This document shows positions 25,718-37,929 of a stretch of 64,000 bases of DNA, piece by piece. Position 1 is the stretch's first letter. The number at the start of each line of letters is the position of its first letter. The stretch spans positions 90,830,001 to 90,894,000 of the forward strand of contig NC_043005.1 of NCBI RefSeq assembly GCF_006345805.1, written 5' to 3'. The notes below the pieces were generated by a model that made no database searches, was not told where the DNA came from, and worked only from the letters and a program-made list of their open reading frames with translations. The translations under genes and the position numbers were made by a program. This stretch comes from Octopus sinensis (lineage: Eukaryota).

Positions 25718-25901
25718 TTTTTTAATAGCTGTCTAACCGTACCCCTTGTTGCTGACTATTTTAATCAATTTATTTTCACACATGATGAATGCCTAAACCC
25801 AGACTTGGAAGTATAATGTAACACTACCAGCTATTTGGTAATTCTAAGGGTGAACAAGCTCTATTTTGTATCTACTACATTCCTAATGGAACACACCTTA
25901 A

Positions 25902-25937
<36 letters not shown>

Positions 25938-26174
25938 ATGCAAACACAGTCATATGAATACATATTAATTAAAATACAAAATGTATGCAAATACATACAA
26001 ACATTTATACATGCATGTATGTACATATAGAAATATATGTATGTGTGAGTGTATATATATATATGTTTATATATATATATGCATATATATATGTGTGTGT
26101 GTGTGTGTGTATGTATATATATGCATATATATATATATATATATATGCATATATATATATATGTATGTATGTAG

Positions 26175-28300
26175 CGATCATGCTCAAATGGTGCTTCTTA
26201 CATGCTACTGACACCAGAGCCAGTCAGTGGCCCTGGCAACGATCATGCTCAAATGGTGCTTTTAACATTCCACTGGCTTGGGTGCCAATAGGTGGTACTG
26301 TCATCAGCCACGACAACGATTTTCAACAGGTCTTTGCAAGCGCAATTTATTGTCCAATGATTGAAAGGTAGACTTAAATGGGCTGGTTATACAGCACTGG
26401 CATAGGCCACGGTTAAGGTCTCACTTGGCTTGCTGAGATACAGCGTATCTCCAAAGGTCTCGGTCACCTGTCATTGCCTCTGTGAGGGCCAATGTTCAAA
26501 GGTCATGCTGGACCACCTCCTCCAGGTCTTCCTGGGTCTACCTCTTCCACAGGTTCCCTCAACTGCAAGAGTGTGACACTTTTTCACACAGCTGTCCTCA
26601 TCCATACACAACACATGACCATACCAGCACAGTCGTCTCTTTTGCACACCACATCTGATGCTTTTTATACCCAACTTTTCTCTCAGGGTGCTTACACTCT
26701 GTTGTGTATGCACACTAATATTACACATCCAGCAGAGCATATTGGCATCATTCCTTGCAAACTTATGCATGACCTCAGCAGTCACGGTTCATGTTTCACA
26801 GCCATGTAGCATGGCTATTCGCACACATGCATCGTACAGTCTACCTTTTACTCTGAGTGAGAGGCCCTTTGTCACCAGCAGAGGTAGGTGCTTTCTGAAC
26901 TTTGCCCAGGCTATTCTTATTCTAGCAGCTACACTTTCAGAGCATCCACCCCTACTACTGACTTGGTCACCTAGGTAACGGAAGCTGTTCTTTGCACCAT
27001 TTGCCACACACAAAAACTATCTTCCCAATTAGCCTTCCTTTGATATTGCTGCACCTCTTATGTGCCCATAGCTTACACTGGGTACATCTTATGGAGTTTC
27101 TACCTACACCTTTTCTACAGATCAAGCAGGCCCATCTACCTGAAGGGATTTGTGGTTTGTTTGCCTTCCTACTTATTAAAACTTTGGTTTCTGCTAGGTT
27201 GACTCTAAGGCCCTTCGATTCTAATCCTTGCTTCCATAACTGAAACTTCTCCTTTAGTTCTGATAGTGACACAGCAATAAGAGTAAAGTCATCAGCATAG
27301 AGAAGCTCCCAGGGGTATTCTGTCTTGAATTCCTCTGTTATTGTCTGGAGGACTATGATGAATATGAGGGGGCTGAGGACTGATCCTTGGTGGATCCCTA
27401 CCCCTAACCGAAATTAATCACTGTACTCATTGCCAACCCTCACCTTACAGATAGCATCCATGTACATGGCTTGTACAGCTCTCATTAACCATTCCTCTAT
27501 CCTTAGTTTCCTCATTGTCCACCAGATAAGGAATCGGGATACCCTGTCAAAGGCTTTGTCCATGTCAATGAAAGCCAGGTACAGAGGTTTATCTTTGGCT
27601 AATTATTTCTCCTGCAGCTGTCTTATCAGAAATATATCATCAGTGGTGCTTTTCCCTGGCACAAACCCAAACAGCATCTCATCTAAACTGGCTCTCTCCC
27701 TAATTAGTTGGGCTATGAACCTCTCTGTGACTTACATTACCTGATCCAACAACTTGATACCTCTGTAATGTTTTGTATCTAATGCATCACCATTACCTTT
27801 GTAGCAGTTAATTATGGTGCTGCTACAACAGTCATTGGGTATGACTCCTTCATGTATCACCTGGTTGACTATATGGGTGACTAGACTATAGCCTACGCTG
27901 CCAGATATTTTAAGCATCTCTGCAGTGATTCCTGATGGGCTGGGGGCTTTCCCTGTCTTCATACCCATAATTGCTTTATCTACCAAGGTACTATGAATAC
28001 AGATAGCTGGTCCCTCTGTTGGGTAGACATTCGGCAGACTCTCTTTCTCCCGTTCATTCTCTTTATTTAGCAACCTTTCATAGTGGTGTCTCCAAGTCTC
28101 ACTCCTTGTAGCCTCATTAAATACAAGTGAGTCATCATCCATGCAGAAACATTTCTCTCTTATGACATCATGATTCTCTCTCACACACTGTCTTGCAACA
28201 CAAAATACCTCAAGTCTTTGGTCCTCACGGTGCAAAAAATTGGCAAATTTTTTCTTATATGCTTTCCCTCTGGCTAATTAAACCTGTCTCCTAGCTGCAG
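26175..28300 (-). mobile_element. RTE LINE, 5'-truncated, frameshifted RT and 3' region
   Basis: ORFs 27732..28235 (MKTGKAPSPSGITAEMLK, YRGIKLL), 26967..27272 (GLRVNLAETKV, CxxC), 26789..27013 (FRYLGD) and 26471..26785 (RRLCWYGHV, GRGRPRKTW); ELLYADD near 27290-27310. Confidence 0.93.
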
Positions 28301-28426
28301 ATAGCTATATATATGCATATCATCATCATATATATATACCTATGTAGAGTATATGTATGTCTATATATTTATATAAGTCTGTGTGTGTATGCATATATGT
28401 ATATACATATATGTGTATATATATAT

Positions 28427-28557
28427 GGCATGGCTGTGTGGTGAGAAGCTTGCTTCCCAACCACATGGTTCCAGCTTACGCAAGTGTCTTCTACTATAGC
28501 CCCGGGCCAATCAAAGCCTTGTAAGAGTAAACTGAAAGAAGCCCATCGTATATATAC

Positions 28558-28611
<54 letters not shown>

Positions 28612-28808
28612 GTTTGTGTGTCTGTGTTTATCACCCCAACTGATGTTAGTGTGTTTACGTCCTTGTAACTTAGCGGTTTGGTAAAAGAGACTGATAGAAT
28701 AAGTACTAAGCTTACAAAGAATAAATCCTGGGGTTAATTTCTTTGACTAAAGACAGTGCTCCAGCATGGCCACACTCAAATGATTGAAACAAATAATAGA
28801 ATAAAAGA
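28427..28808 (+). mobile_element. SINE family B with internal deletion
   Basis: Head GGCATGGCTGTGTGGTGAGAAGCTTGCTTCCCAACC; body and tail as in other copies. Confidence 0.85.
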
Positions 28809-29333
28809 ATATATGTATATATGTATATGTATAGGAGAGGAAAAAATAATAAGGCAGAATGATAAATTGTAATGTAAATTTTAATAAAAATGGGTGTATG
28901 AAAAATAAAAAAAGAAATAAGACCGGCTTTCATCGCAAGGCAAATTTTCAAGATTTGGAAGGGGAAAAAATTTTTTTTAAATTGAGGGAGGGGAAAAAAA
29001 TTAAATTTACAATGTTTTTTCAAAAAAATAAAATATATACAAAAATTAATAAATAAGTATACCAGTACATTGTAGTGTCTTTATTCTTTTAGAGTTCAAT
29101 AGTAATCCGTGGAAAAGCTTCTTTGCATGAGTTTAAGTGTAGTGTTTTGTGTGAAAATGTTGGATGCTTATGTGTCAAAACAAGGAAATGGAGTAGGAGT
29201 TATCTAGTTCCTGTGAATAAGGGGAGACAATTCTGTGGATTTTATACTCTTTCATTAGAATGCTGGATTTTTTGTCAAACAGGATGCTTATATCTATTTT
29301 TTGTCAGACAGGATGCTAGAAAAAGGAATACGG

Positions 29334-30332
29334 TCACAGTGGAGTTTGCATATTAAGAAGCGTTTGGAAATTTTCAATAAAAAGATTCTCCTTGTTGATT
29401 CTTTCTTGTGTAGAGATTCTATCTTTACATTGATAAAAAGGGAATATATGAAATTGGGATTTTTTATTTCTAGCACAAGAGTCTATGTGGCTACTGAATG
29501 GAATTTGACGGTATTGTGGGAGATTTATCTGTTCTTTATGGACTGCTACTCTTCTGTGTAAAGGAAGGGTCGTTTATCCAATATAAGTGTGTTGGCAACC
29601 AGCACATGTAAGAACGTAAGTGAGGTTCTCGGAGGAATAAGAGAAGTTGGTCTTGATTTTAAACTTTGTTTCTTGTTTGAAAGTAAATTCAGAGCCTTCA
29701 GGTAGGAAGGGGCAGGTACCACAGTTAGGGCATGCACATTTTTTAACTGATGGGGGTGGATGTGGTGTGTGAAGTTTGGCATTTGTTAAGAGTTTTTTCA
29801 ATGATTTATATTGCCTTTTGCATTTAAGGATTTTATGTGTATTGATAATATTATTCATTTTTGGGTCTGTGGACATTAAGGGGAGGTTTTGTATGATTGT
29901 GGTGTATGCTTCGATATTTTTGGGGTTGTGGGTGGAAATGTATAGAAGTATTTTGAGGTTGAATGTGTTACTGTGTTGGGTGGTTTTCAGTGTATTATTG
30001 TTGAGTTCCTTGGCACATTTTATTCCATAGTCTGTGAGTGTGGAGGAATATTGGTGTTGTAATAGTGTTTTTTTGAGGTCTTGAAGGCGTATTTCTCGAG
30101 TTTTGGGATCTGAGACAATGGTGCAAATCATTTTAGCTAAGTTGAAGGGGATATTTATCTTGGTCTGCTTTGGGTGGCATGAACTGAAGAGGAGGTATTG
30201 TTGTGAGTCTGTAGGTTTATGGTAGATGTCGGTTATGATTTGGTTGTTAGGTGTTTTTATAATTAGGAGATCAAGGAAAGGGAGATGATGTTTGCTGAAT
30301 TCCATAGTGGTTGACAAAAGGAAGAGCATCAA
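29334..30332 (-). pseudogene. Penelope-like element: RT C-terminus plus GIY-YIG endonuclease
   Basis: LPFLDLLI, TDIYHKPTDSQQYL.FSSCHP, CxxxxCxxC, NLTYVLTCAGCQHTYIG*TT...R...H; the frame continues past one TAA (29574) to TGA at 29334. The 3' UTR extends to ~29060. Confidence 0.92.
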
Positions 30333-30334
30333 GC

Positions 30335-30450
30335 TGTAGAAACCCTACCAGATCAAGATTGAAGTCTGGTGCAACCATCTGGTTCACCAGCCCTCAGTCA
30401 AATCGTCCAACCCATGCTAGCATGGAAAGCGAACGTTAAACGATGATGAT
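30335..30450 (+). mobile_element. Solo RTE 3' UTR end
   Basis: GTCCAACCCATGCTAGCATGGAAAGCGAACGTTAAACGATGATGATG. Confidence 0.8.
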
Positions 30451-30670
30451 GAATATATAAGTAAATGTATATATATATGTATGTATATAAGTAAATGTAT
30501 ATATATATATGTATGTATATAAAGATATATATACATATATATATGTATATAAGTATGTACATGTATATATTATATATGTATATGTGTATATATATGTGTA
30601 TGTATATGTGTATATATATGTATATGTATATATATATGTATGTATATGTGTATATATATGTGTAAGTATA

Positions 30671-30728
<58 letters not shown>

Positions 30729-32024
30729 TACATAGACAAGCATACTTAGAAGTCTATTTGTTATGGCTGACCAGAGAGTGGTCATTTGTTCTGCACCTTG
30801 AAAAGTATTATAAGTGGAAAACCAATGATCACCCTCTAACCAGTCACAGTATTACTGCTCTAATGTTTTAGAGTGTACATCTTTTCAAACCAATACACAT
30901 ACTGACTGATATTCATACATATTTATATATATATATGTACATTTATGCAGACACACACACACACCTCTGGAATGTGCAACTGAAGCAGTATTAGGCCAGC
31001 TATAGCAGTATTTGTCCAAGATAACATTTCTTATAGATGTGATATATTCAAAAATACAAAATATATTACACGGAAAGACAAATAATCACCCCAATAGTGG
31101 CTAGCATTTCAGTGTTGATGGTCCTCATTTATGTCTTGTACTCACTACCAGCCACATGCTGAAATGAGATTTGTCACCAATGTGTAGAATACAGGGAATA
31201 AAGCATTCAATTTCATATATTAGATCTCTTATTCAACCAGACAGCTATTCTCAATACCAGTGAAAATTTTGGGTAACACAATTGCATTTTGATCTTACTG
31301 TGTTCAGCTGCTCTGCCAAGAGACACCCACTTCATTAGGTAATAGTTAGATTCTAAGACTGCCAGAATAATGACAAAAAGTTTGTTTCATATGCTAGACA
31401 CATTGGAATAATACAAGCTTAATGCCAGCCTTTGCTAGTTGGCTGTTATTATGTGCAACAGGAGGAATTTTCACATGTAGAAACTGTAGTGATAAAATTG
31501 GTCAATTGGAGAAAGTATGCATTATTGTGTGCATGCTGTTTAGAGTGAGAAGTAAAGGACACAACAAACATTGGGATGGATTTTCCCAGAGATGTACTAC
31601 ATACAGACCCACTTTGGTTGAGATATGATCAATAGAAAGATTCCACAAACTTGGTAAAGACTTTCTTGGTAAGGGAAGAGAAGGGTCAGAGGTTTTGCAG
31701 ACTTTGTAAAGTACAAAGACATCTTTATTTTTTTGGTGAGTTATCTTGCAGACATTGGTTATCAGGAACAACAACAATAACAATAACAATATCCACAGCA
31801 GCAATAATATACTTTGAAATGTGAATAAGGAACTACTTAAAACTGAATGCATCCCACCTATACATTGAAACTGTAAGCAAAGAACAAATAGATTATTTAA
31901 GATATTGTTCAAATTTGTAGATATTTCCTTACATGCATTTATGACACCTACTATACCTGTAGTGTTGATTAATGTACTGACTTGTATGTGCATATATATG
32001 CATATGTACATGTAGTGTGTAAAA

Positions 32025-32230
32025 GCACATAGCCTAGTGGTTAGGGAGCTGTACACATGACTTCAAAATCAATTCCCAGCAATACATTGTATTCTTGAGC
32101 AAAACACTTCACTTCACATTATTCCCAGGCCAATTGTTTGAAAGTGAGTAACCCTGCATTTCATTCAGGGGGAATGTTGGCTTGCATGCCTAACCAAAGG
32201 AGTGGCATCATTTGAAAGCTACAACAATGC
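32025..32230 (+). mobile_element. Degenerate tRNA-derived SINE
   Basis: TAGCCTAGTGGTTAGGG A-box and TTCTTGAGCAAAACACTTCAC; related to 7720-7905. Confidence 0.4.
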
Positions 32231-32482
32231 AAGGAAGTGCATTGTGACCAGTTGTTTATAACAATATCTGATAGTCTGGTTGATACAGTGATAAAGTGAC
32301 ATACAGTGTATCTAATTTTGCTGAATCTTAGCAAGATGGCATTGAAAAAGAGAAAGTAGAAGAAAGAAGATAAGTAAAAAAGCTTGAGAAGAGCTGTTCT
32401 AATTCATTGGCAAACAGTAAAACAGTGAAATCAGTGCCCAAGTCATAAACGCTCAACAAAGGAGTTTGAGCTTTAATTATAG

Positions 32483-32869
32483 ACTGGCATCGCTCGGGTT
32501 TGTTTTCTTTACGACCCTTTAGATTTGGAATTTTTGAAAAGTAAAAATTTTGCATCATGTAGCTTGTTATTCTCTTTAAATGAACATATTTCTGGTTGAA
32601 ATACACCAAAAAATGGTGACACAGCAGTCAAAAAATCGTTAAAAAATAGGGATTTTCATAGGAAAAAAGCACATTTTTGATGTAAATAATTTTTTGGTCT
32701 TAACATGGCTCGATTTGAATATTTTCTTCTACGGAATGAAGAGCAAGCCTTCTTCTATCATACTCTCAATTTTGGTCAACTTGCGCCGCAGGGTCTCGGA
32801 GGAGATAGTGTTAATTGAAGGCTATCAAACCTGCCATACATAGACAACTTCAACTTTATATATAGAGAT
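32483..32869 (-). mobile_element. Non-autonomous Helitron (same family as 41716-42102), 3' terminus eroded
   Basis: Aligns by eye with 41716-42090 from TCTATATATAAAG(C/T)TGAAGTTGTCT to the hairpin remnant CCCGAGCGATGCC. Confidence 0.75.
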
Positions 32870-33519
32870 AAAGCCATTAATCCCAACACATAATTTCAAA
32901 TCAAATTACTTGTCAAAAAGATTAAGTAATTTGTAAGTACTGTAGAGTGTTATATAAATTATTCTTTTATGCTAACTGCCAAATTTACTTTATATGATTT
33001 ATTTTGGTTATTGATTGATATATAATGGTCTGATTGAAAGAGAAAGCATAATTCTGATTTGCATCAAATCTAAGGAGATTAAACTCAACTGAAATCAAAA
33101 TCTTCAGTCATTTTGGTCACATGGGATATTATATAATTATAATCACATGCATACACACTTATAACATTCTTTGAGTATGAAAGTGTGAGAGTGCATGTTT
33201 TTTATTTGGAATTGCATTATAATTTTTAAAAAATTTTCTTATGATATTTTGTTAGCTGAGGAAACCAGAAGTGTGGCATTAGTTTTAGAGTGAAGAATAG
33301 CCATTTTGCTACAGAGCAATTACTTGTAGTGTTAGGAACCCAGTGTGCAATATTTTGCATTTTTTTTTTTCAATTGCATGAATTAAAAGTTGAAGGGGGA
33401 ACAGGATAAACTACCTGCATCAACTTCCTATAAAAGCAGGCAGTAATTTTATCTTGTACTTATTCTTAGTGCAAGTTTTGAAGAGTACAGTTTGATTTTA
33501 AAAGTTTTTTTTCAAAGCT

Positions 33520-34264
33520 ATATTGGAGGTCACAAAAAGCATATTCAGTATATTTTGCTTTATGAGTTCAATAAAGACAATAAAGCAAAGGAAAGTGCGA
33601 GGAATATTAATGCAGTATATGGGGATTGGACAATAAACGTAAGCCAGTGTCAACAGTAGTTCCAGAAATTTGGAGCTGGAAACTACAGCCTAGAAGATGA
33701 GTATCATCCTGGAAGAGCTGTAGAGCTCAACGGGGACGTCTTGCAAACCCTGGTGGAACAAAATCCCATCGCAATTGTTGAGGAACTAGCAGAGAAGCTT
33801 GGATTTGGTCATTTAACCATTCATCGACACCAGTGCTAGAAGAAAAACAATCATCTTTGGTTTCAAGATGAAAGGTGTTCTTCCATCAGGATAATGCTCA
33901 GCCACATACAGCAAGATGACATTCCAAAGGCTGGAGCAGTTTGAATGGGAAACAATGACCCCACCCCACCATATTCGCTGGACATTACCCCATCTGATTA
34001 TCATTTATTCTACAGTCCTCAAAATCATTTGGATGGAAAAAATATAAATCTATAGATGAGGTGAGAACAGTACTGGAGGAGTATTTTTCATCATGGACAA
34101 GTGAATTTTGGAAGAGGAGCCTTGCAAGTCTACCAGATAGATGGAAGAGCATTGTAGAAAATGAAGGAGAGTGTATTTTAGATTAAAAAAGAACTTTGTT
34201 TATCTTAATTTTGAAAAATAAAAGTAGTATAAAAAAACTGCATTACTTATGGGATGACCCAATA
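33520..34264 (+). mobile_element. Mariner transposon relic
   Basis: HILLYEFNK...ARNINAVYG (HTH); PPYSLDITPSDYHLF (YSPDLAPSD motif); RWKSIVENEGE; 3' TIR CTGCATTACTTATGGGATGACCCAATA plus TA. Confidence 0.88.
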
Positions 34265-34291
34265 TATGAAAATCCAGATATACGCACTTAC

Positions 34292-34306
34292 CTCACACGC
34301 ATCATA
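34292..34306 (-). other. Candidate 15-nt microexon of a minus-strand host transcript
   Basis: atcttgtatc(t)11cag|TATGATGCGTGTGAG|gtaagt; both splice sites near consensus; frame-preserving (YDACE in phase 0). Confidence 0.4.
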
Positions 34307-34629
34307 CTGAAAAAAAAAAAGATACAAGATTACTTAGGGACACAAGGCTTGTTATAAAAACCTCCCTACATCAATGTCTCCCAGCATAAAACTGTTAGTA
34401 GCTCCTTAAATGAATTATATGTTGCTGCATTAAATGAGATATATATGTGTGTGTGTGTGTGTGTGTATGTGTGTGTGAGTGTGTGTGTATGTATATACTG
34501 ATAGATAGATAGATAGATATAGATATGTACATATGTATCTTTTACTTGTCTTTTATCTTTTAAAAGATATACACACACACACATCATACACACACATCAT
34601 ACACACACATACATACACACACACACATC

Positions 34630-34985
34630 ATTATCATCATCATCATCGTTTAACGTCCGTTCTCCATGCTAGCATGGGTTGGACAGTTCGACCGGGGATC
34701 TGGGAAGCCAGAAGTCTGCACCAGGCTCCAGTCTGATCTGGCAGTGTTTCTACAGCTGGATGCCCTTCCTAACGCCAACCACTCCGTGAGTGTAGTGGGT
34801 GCTTTTTATGTGCCACCTGCACAGGTGCCAGGCGAGGCTGGCAACGGCCACGGTCGGATTGGTGTATTTTATGTGCCACCGGCACGGAAGCCAGCCGAGG
34901 CGGCGCTGGCATCGGCCACGAGTCGGATAGTGCTTTTTACATACCACCAGACCAGGGATCCTGGCTGGTTCAATTTGATTTCAAT
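34630..34985 (-). mobile_element. Solo RTE 3' UTR with tail
   Basis: Matches 49960-50450. Confidence 0.85.
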
Positions 34986-35195
34986 ATATATATATATTTA
35001 AGTAGGTGAATGAATTATCCTAGTATTGATAATTCGGTTAATCGATACCTGGGTAGCAAATTCACGTCAGAAAACACGGTTGTAGCTACATGCCAAGGGT
35101 AGAAATCCCATGTTCTTGTGTGGTAATTTGTGTATTTTTTAAAATGAATAAATGAAAGAATGGAGTCGAACGAAGATTTTAACAAAATTTCTTTA

Positions 35196-35278
35196 TTTTC
35201 AACACATGTTTCGAAGACTGCATATTCTTACCTCCGAAGGAATAAAGGGTGCATTATGCCGTCTTCTCATCAGGAAAG
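35196..35278 (-). ncRNA. Type I hammerhead ribozyme
   Basis: ctttc-CTGATGA-gaagac.gcata...tatgc.gtcttc-GAAAC-atgt-GTT-gaaaa; core intact, stems I and II pair. Confidence 0.8.
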
Positions 35279-35482
35279 ACAAGGAAACTCTATCAGCCTC
35301 AAGACGGACAAAAACATTTTATGGCTTCCTACATGGTGTTCACTGTGAACTTTTTTATGGCTTCCTACATGTTGTTCACTGTGAACTTTTTTATGGCTTC
35401 CTACATGGTGTTCACTGTGAACACCATGTAGGACGCCATAAAAAAGTTTTTGTCCGTCTTGAGGCTGATAGAGGTTCCTTGT

Positions 35483-35565
35483 CTTTCCTGATGAGAAGGC
35501 GGCATAATGCACCCTTTATTCGTTCGGAATTAAGAATACGCAGTCTTCGAAACATGTGTTGAAAG
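35483..35565 (+). ncRNA. Type I hammerhead ribozyme
   Basis: ctttc-CTGATGA-gaaggc...gtcttc-GAAAC-atgt-GTT-gaaag; 5-bp stem I, GUU site. Confidence 0.8.
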
Positions 35566-35626
35566 TAAAGGAATTTTGTTAAAATCTTCGTTCGACTCCA
35601 TTCTTTCATATATATATATATATATG

Positions 35627-35681
<55 letters not shown>

Positions 35682-35685
35682 ATAT

Positions 35686-35716
<31 letters not shown>

Positions 35717-36130
35717 CATACATACATATATATATATATTATATATACATACATATATATATATATATATAATATACATACATATATATATATACTATAT
35801 ATATATATATATATATGTGTGTATATATATATACATACATATATATATATATATCTTTATATATATATACATACATATACATATATATATTCATATATAT
35901 ATAATATATATATATATATATACACAAACATATATACACACACACACAATATATATATATATATACATATATTATACACGTATATATATATACATATATA
36001 CATAGACACACACACACACATATATATGTATTATATATAATAATGATATTAGGGAGTATAAGTCTAAACTTACAGGGAAAAATTCAATTTAGTATTAAAT
36101 CAAATTTCACTATAAATATATAATATATAC

Positions 36131-36350
36131 ATTAGAGAAAAAACTACTATTATGCAATTCAAACAATGATAGACATAAACCAAATCATAAATAAAAAATA
36201 AAATATGTTTTTATAAAACATATAACTAGATCACAAAAAGTATAAAATGAATAATCAATAAATAATCAATATATAATATTTTATTTTTTATTTATGATTT
36301 GGTTTATGTCTATCATTGTTTGAATTGCATAATAGTGGATTTTCTCTAAT
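36131..36350. repeat. Inverted repeat with a 60-bp perfect core
   Basis: 36146-36205 is the exact reverse complement of 36277-36336. It lies in a repeat whose start (AAACTTACAGGGAAAAATTCAATTTAG) recurs at ~52517. Confidence 0.9.
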
Positions 36351-36411
36351 TTATATATTATATATTATATATATATACACACACACACATATATTATATA
36401 CATATATATAT

Positions 36412-36587
36412 AGGCGTAGGAGTGGCTGTGTGGTAAGTAGCTTGCTTACCAACCACATGGTTCCGGGTTCAGTCCCACTGCGTGGCATCTTGGGCAAGTG
36501 TCTTCTGCTATAGCCCTGGGCCGACCAATGCCTTGTGAGTGGATTTGGTAGACGGAAACTGAAAGAAGCCTGTCGTATATATGTATG

Positions 36588-36622
<35 letters not shown>

Positions 36623-36830
36623 TTGTGTGTCTGTGTTTGTTCCCCTAGCATTGCTTGACAACCGATGCTGGAGTGTTTACGTCCCCGTCACTTAGCATTT
36701 CGGCAAAAGACACCAATAGAATAAGTACTGGGCTTACAAAGAATAAGTCCCAGGGTCGATTTGCTCGACTAAAGGCGGTGCTCCAGCATGGCCGCAGTCA
36801 AATGACTGAAACAAGTAAAAGAGTAAAAAA
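36412..36830 (+). mobile_element. SINE family B, full length
   Basis: As 19238. Confidence 0.9.
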
Positions 36831-36900
36831 GTATATATATACACCACACACAAATATATATACATACATGTATATATATATACCATATATATATATATAT

Positions 36901-36934
<34 letters not shown>

Positions 36935-37653
36935 TTGGTGGTTAAAATGATGGCAGCAAAACTGAGTTTTTTTTAATGGGAAATGCAATGAGCACAATAA
37001 AGACACCCCCCATCCCCTAGAGTTCATAAGATATGGCCTAGCAAGCTGGAATAATGATAATGAGGCACTCAGGTTGTAATTGTTATGTCAAAGCATCCTT
37101 CTCCAAACGGATTTTCTGACAAGATTAATGTACCCCATCTGCTTGAGCTTGGAGTCAGAGTTATCTTTCTCTTCAGTGAGCTGCAAACCAAGCCTTAATG
37201 CACCCTTGCATGAGGTTCCTACAACAGATACAATAACGTAGGATATATGAGTTTGAATGGTGTTCCGCCCAGTAAACTAGGCACTATCTACACAATGTTC
37301 CCTATATTGGGAAATGAAAGGTGATGCATTACAGCTGTACTTTTCTTTGGGTGAGTTGAGTGGGGTATCAGGTCAAGACCCTATTCCTCACTCCACTTCA
37401 TCAGGAACTGGAACAAGAAACTTCAAGTTGTGACTCAAGCAAATTAAGCTTTGAATAAATGTCTTTCATTTCTAGAAGTACTTAGTCCTGTTAAGTGGGG
37501 TGAAATAACTTTTATGCAAAGCTCAATCTACATGCAGCTCTGCTTGGTCTTTTCTTTGTCTCATTCAACAATTGCCTGCAGATACTACATTTTAACCTTA
37601 GCCAAAACTTTGAATAATGACTAATGCTACTTCAACTATGAATAAAAGTGATG

Positions 37654-37698
<45 letters not shown>

Positions 37699-37699
37699 C

Positions 37700-37748
<49 letters not shown>

Positions 37749-37824
37749 ATCTATATCTATGTAATATATGTATTATATATATATATATATATAATATAAT
37801 ATTATCACTATATAACATACACAC

Positions 37825-37857
<33 letters not shown>

Positions 37858-37874
37858 GCATATATATATGTATG

Positions 37875-37924
<50 letters not shown>

Positions 37925-37929
<5 letters not shown>

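Larger units (their letters stand above)
25378..25756. repeat. Palindromic element, ~150-bp inverted arms, one hammerhead per arm
   Basis: Arms 25378-25530 and ~25606-25756 are diverged reverse complements around a ~75-bp spacer. Confidence 0.9.
35152..35609. repeat. Long fold-back palindrome with hammerheads in both arms and a 3x36-bp tandem at the apex
   Basis: ATGAAAGAATGGAGTCGAACG... mirrored by ...CGTTCGACTCCATTCTTTCAT; apex GTTCAC-T-GTGAAC at 35410-35422. Confidence 0.95.

Noticed and set aside
29060-29333. Hammerhead in the 3' UTR of the Penelope element
   Set aside because: Only CTAATGA is present; no GAAA with a matching stem II could be found.
35315-35422. 36-bp direct repeats as a CRISPR array
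   Set aside because: No spacers, eukaryotic context and no cas genes; the 63-bp RTE UTR repeats were rejected for the same reasons.
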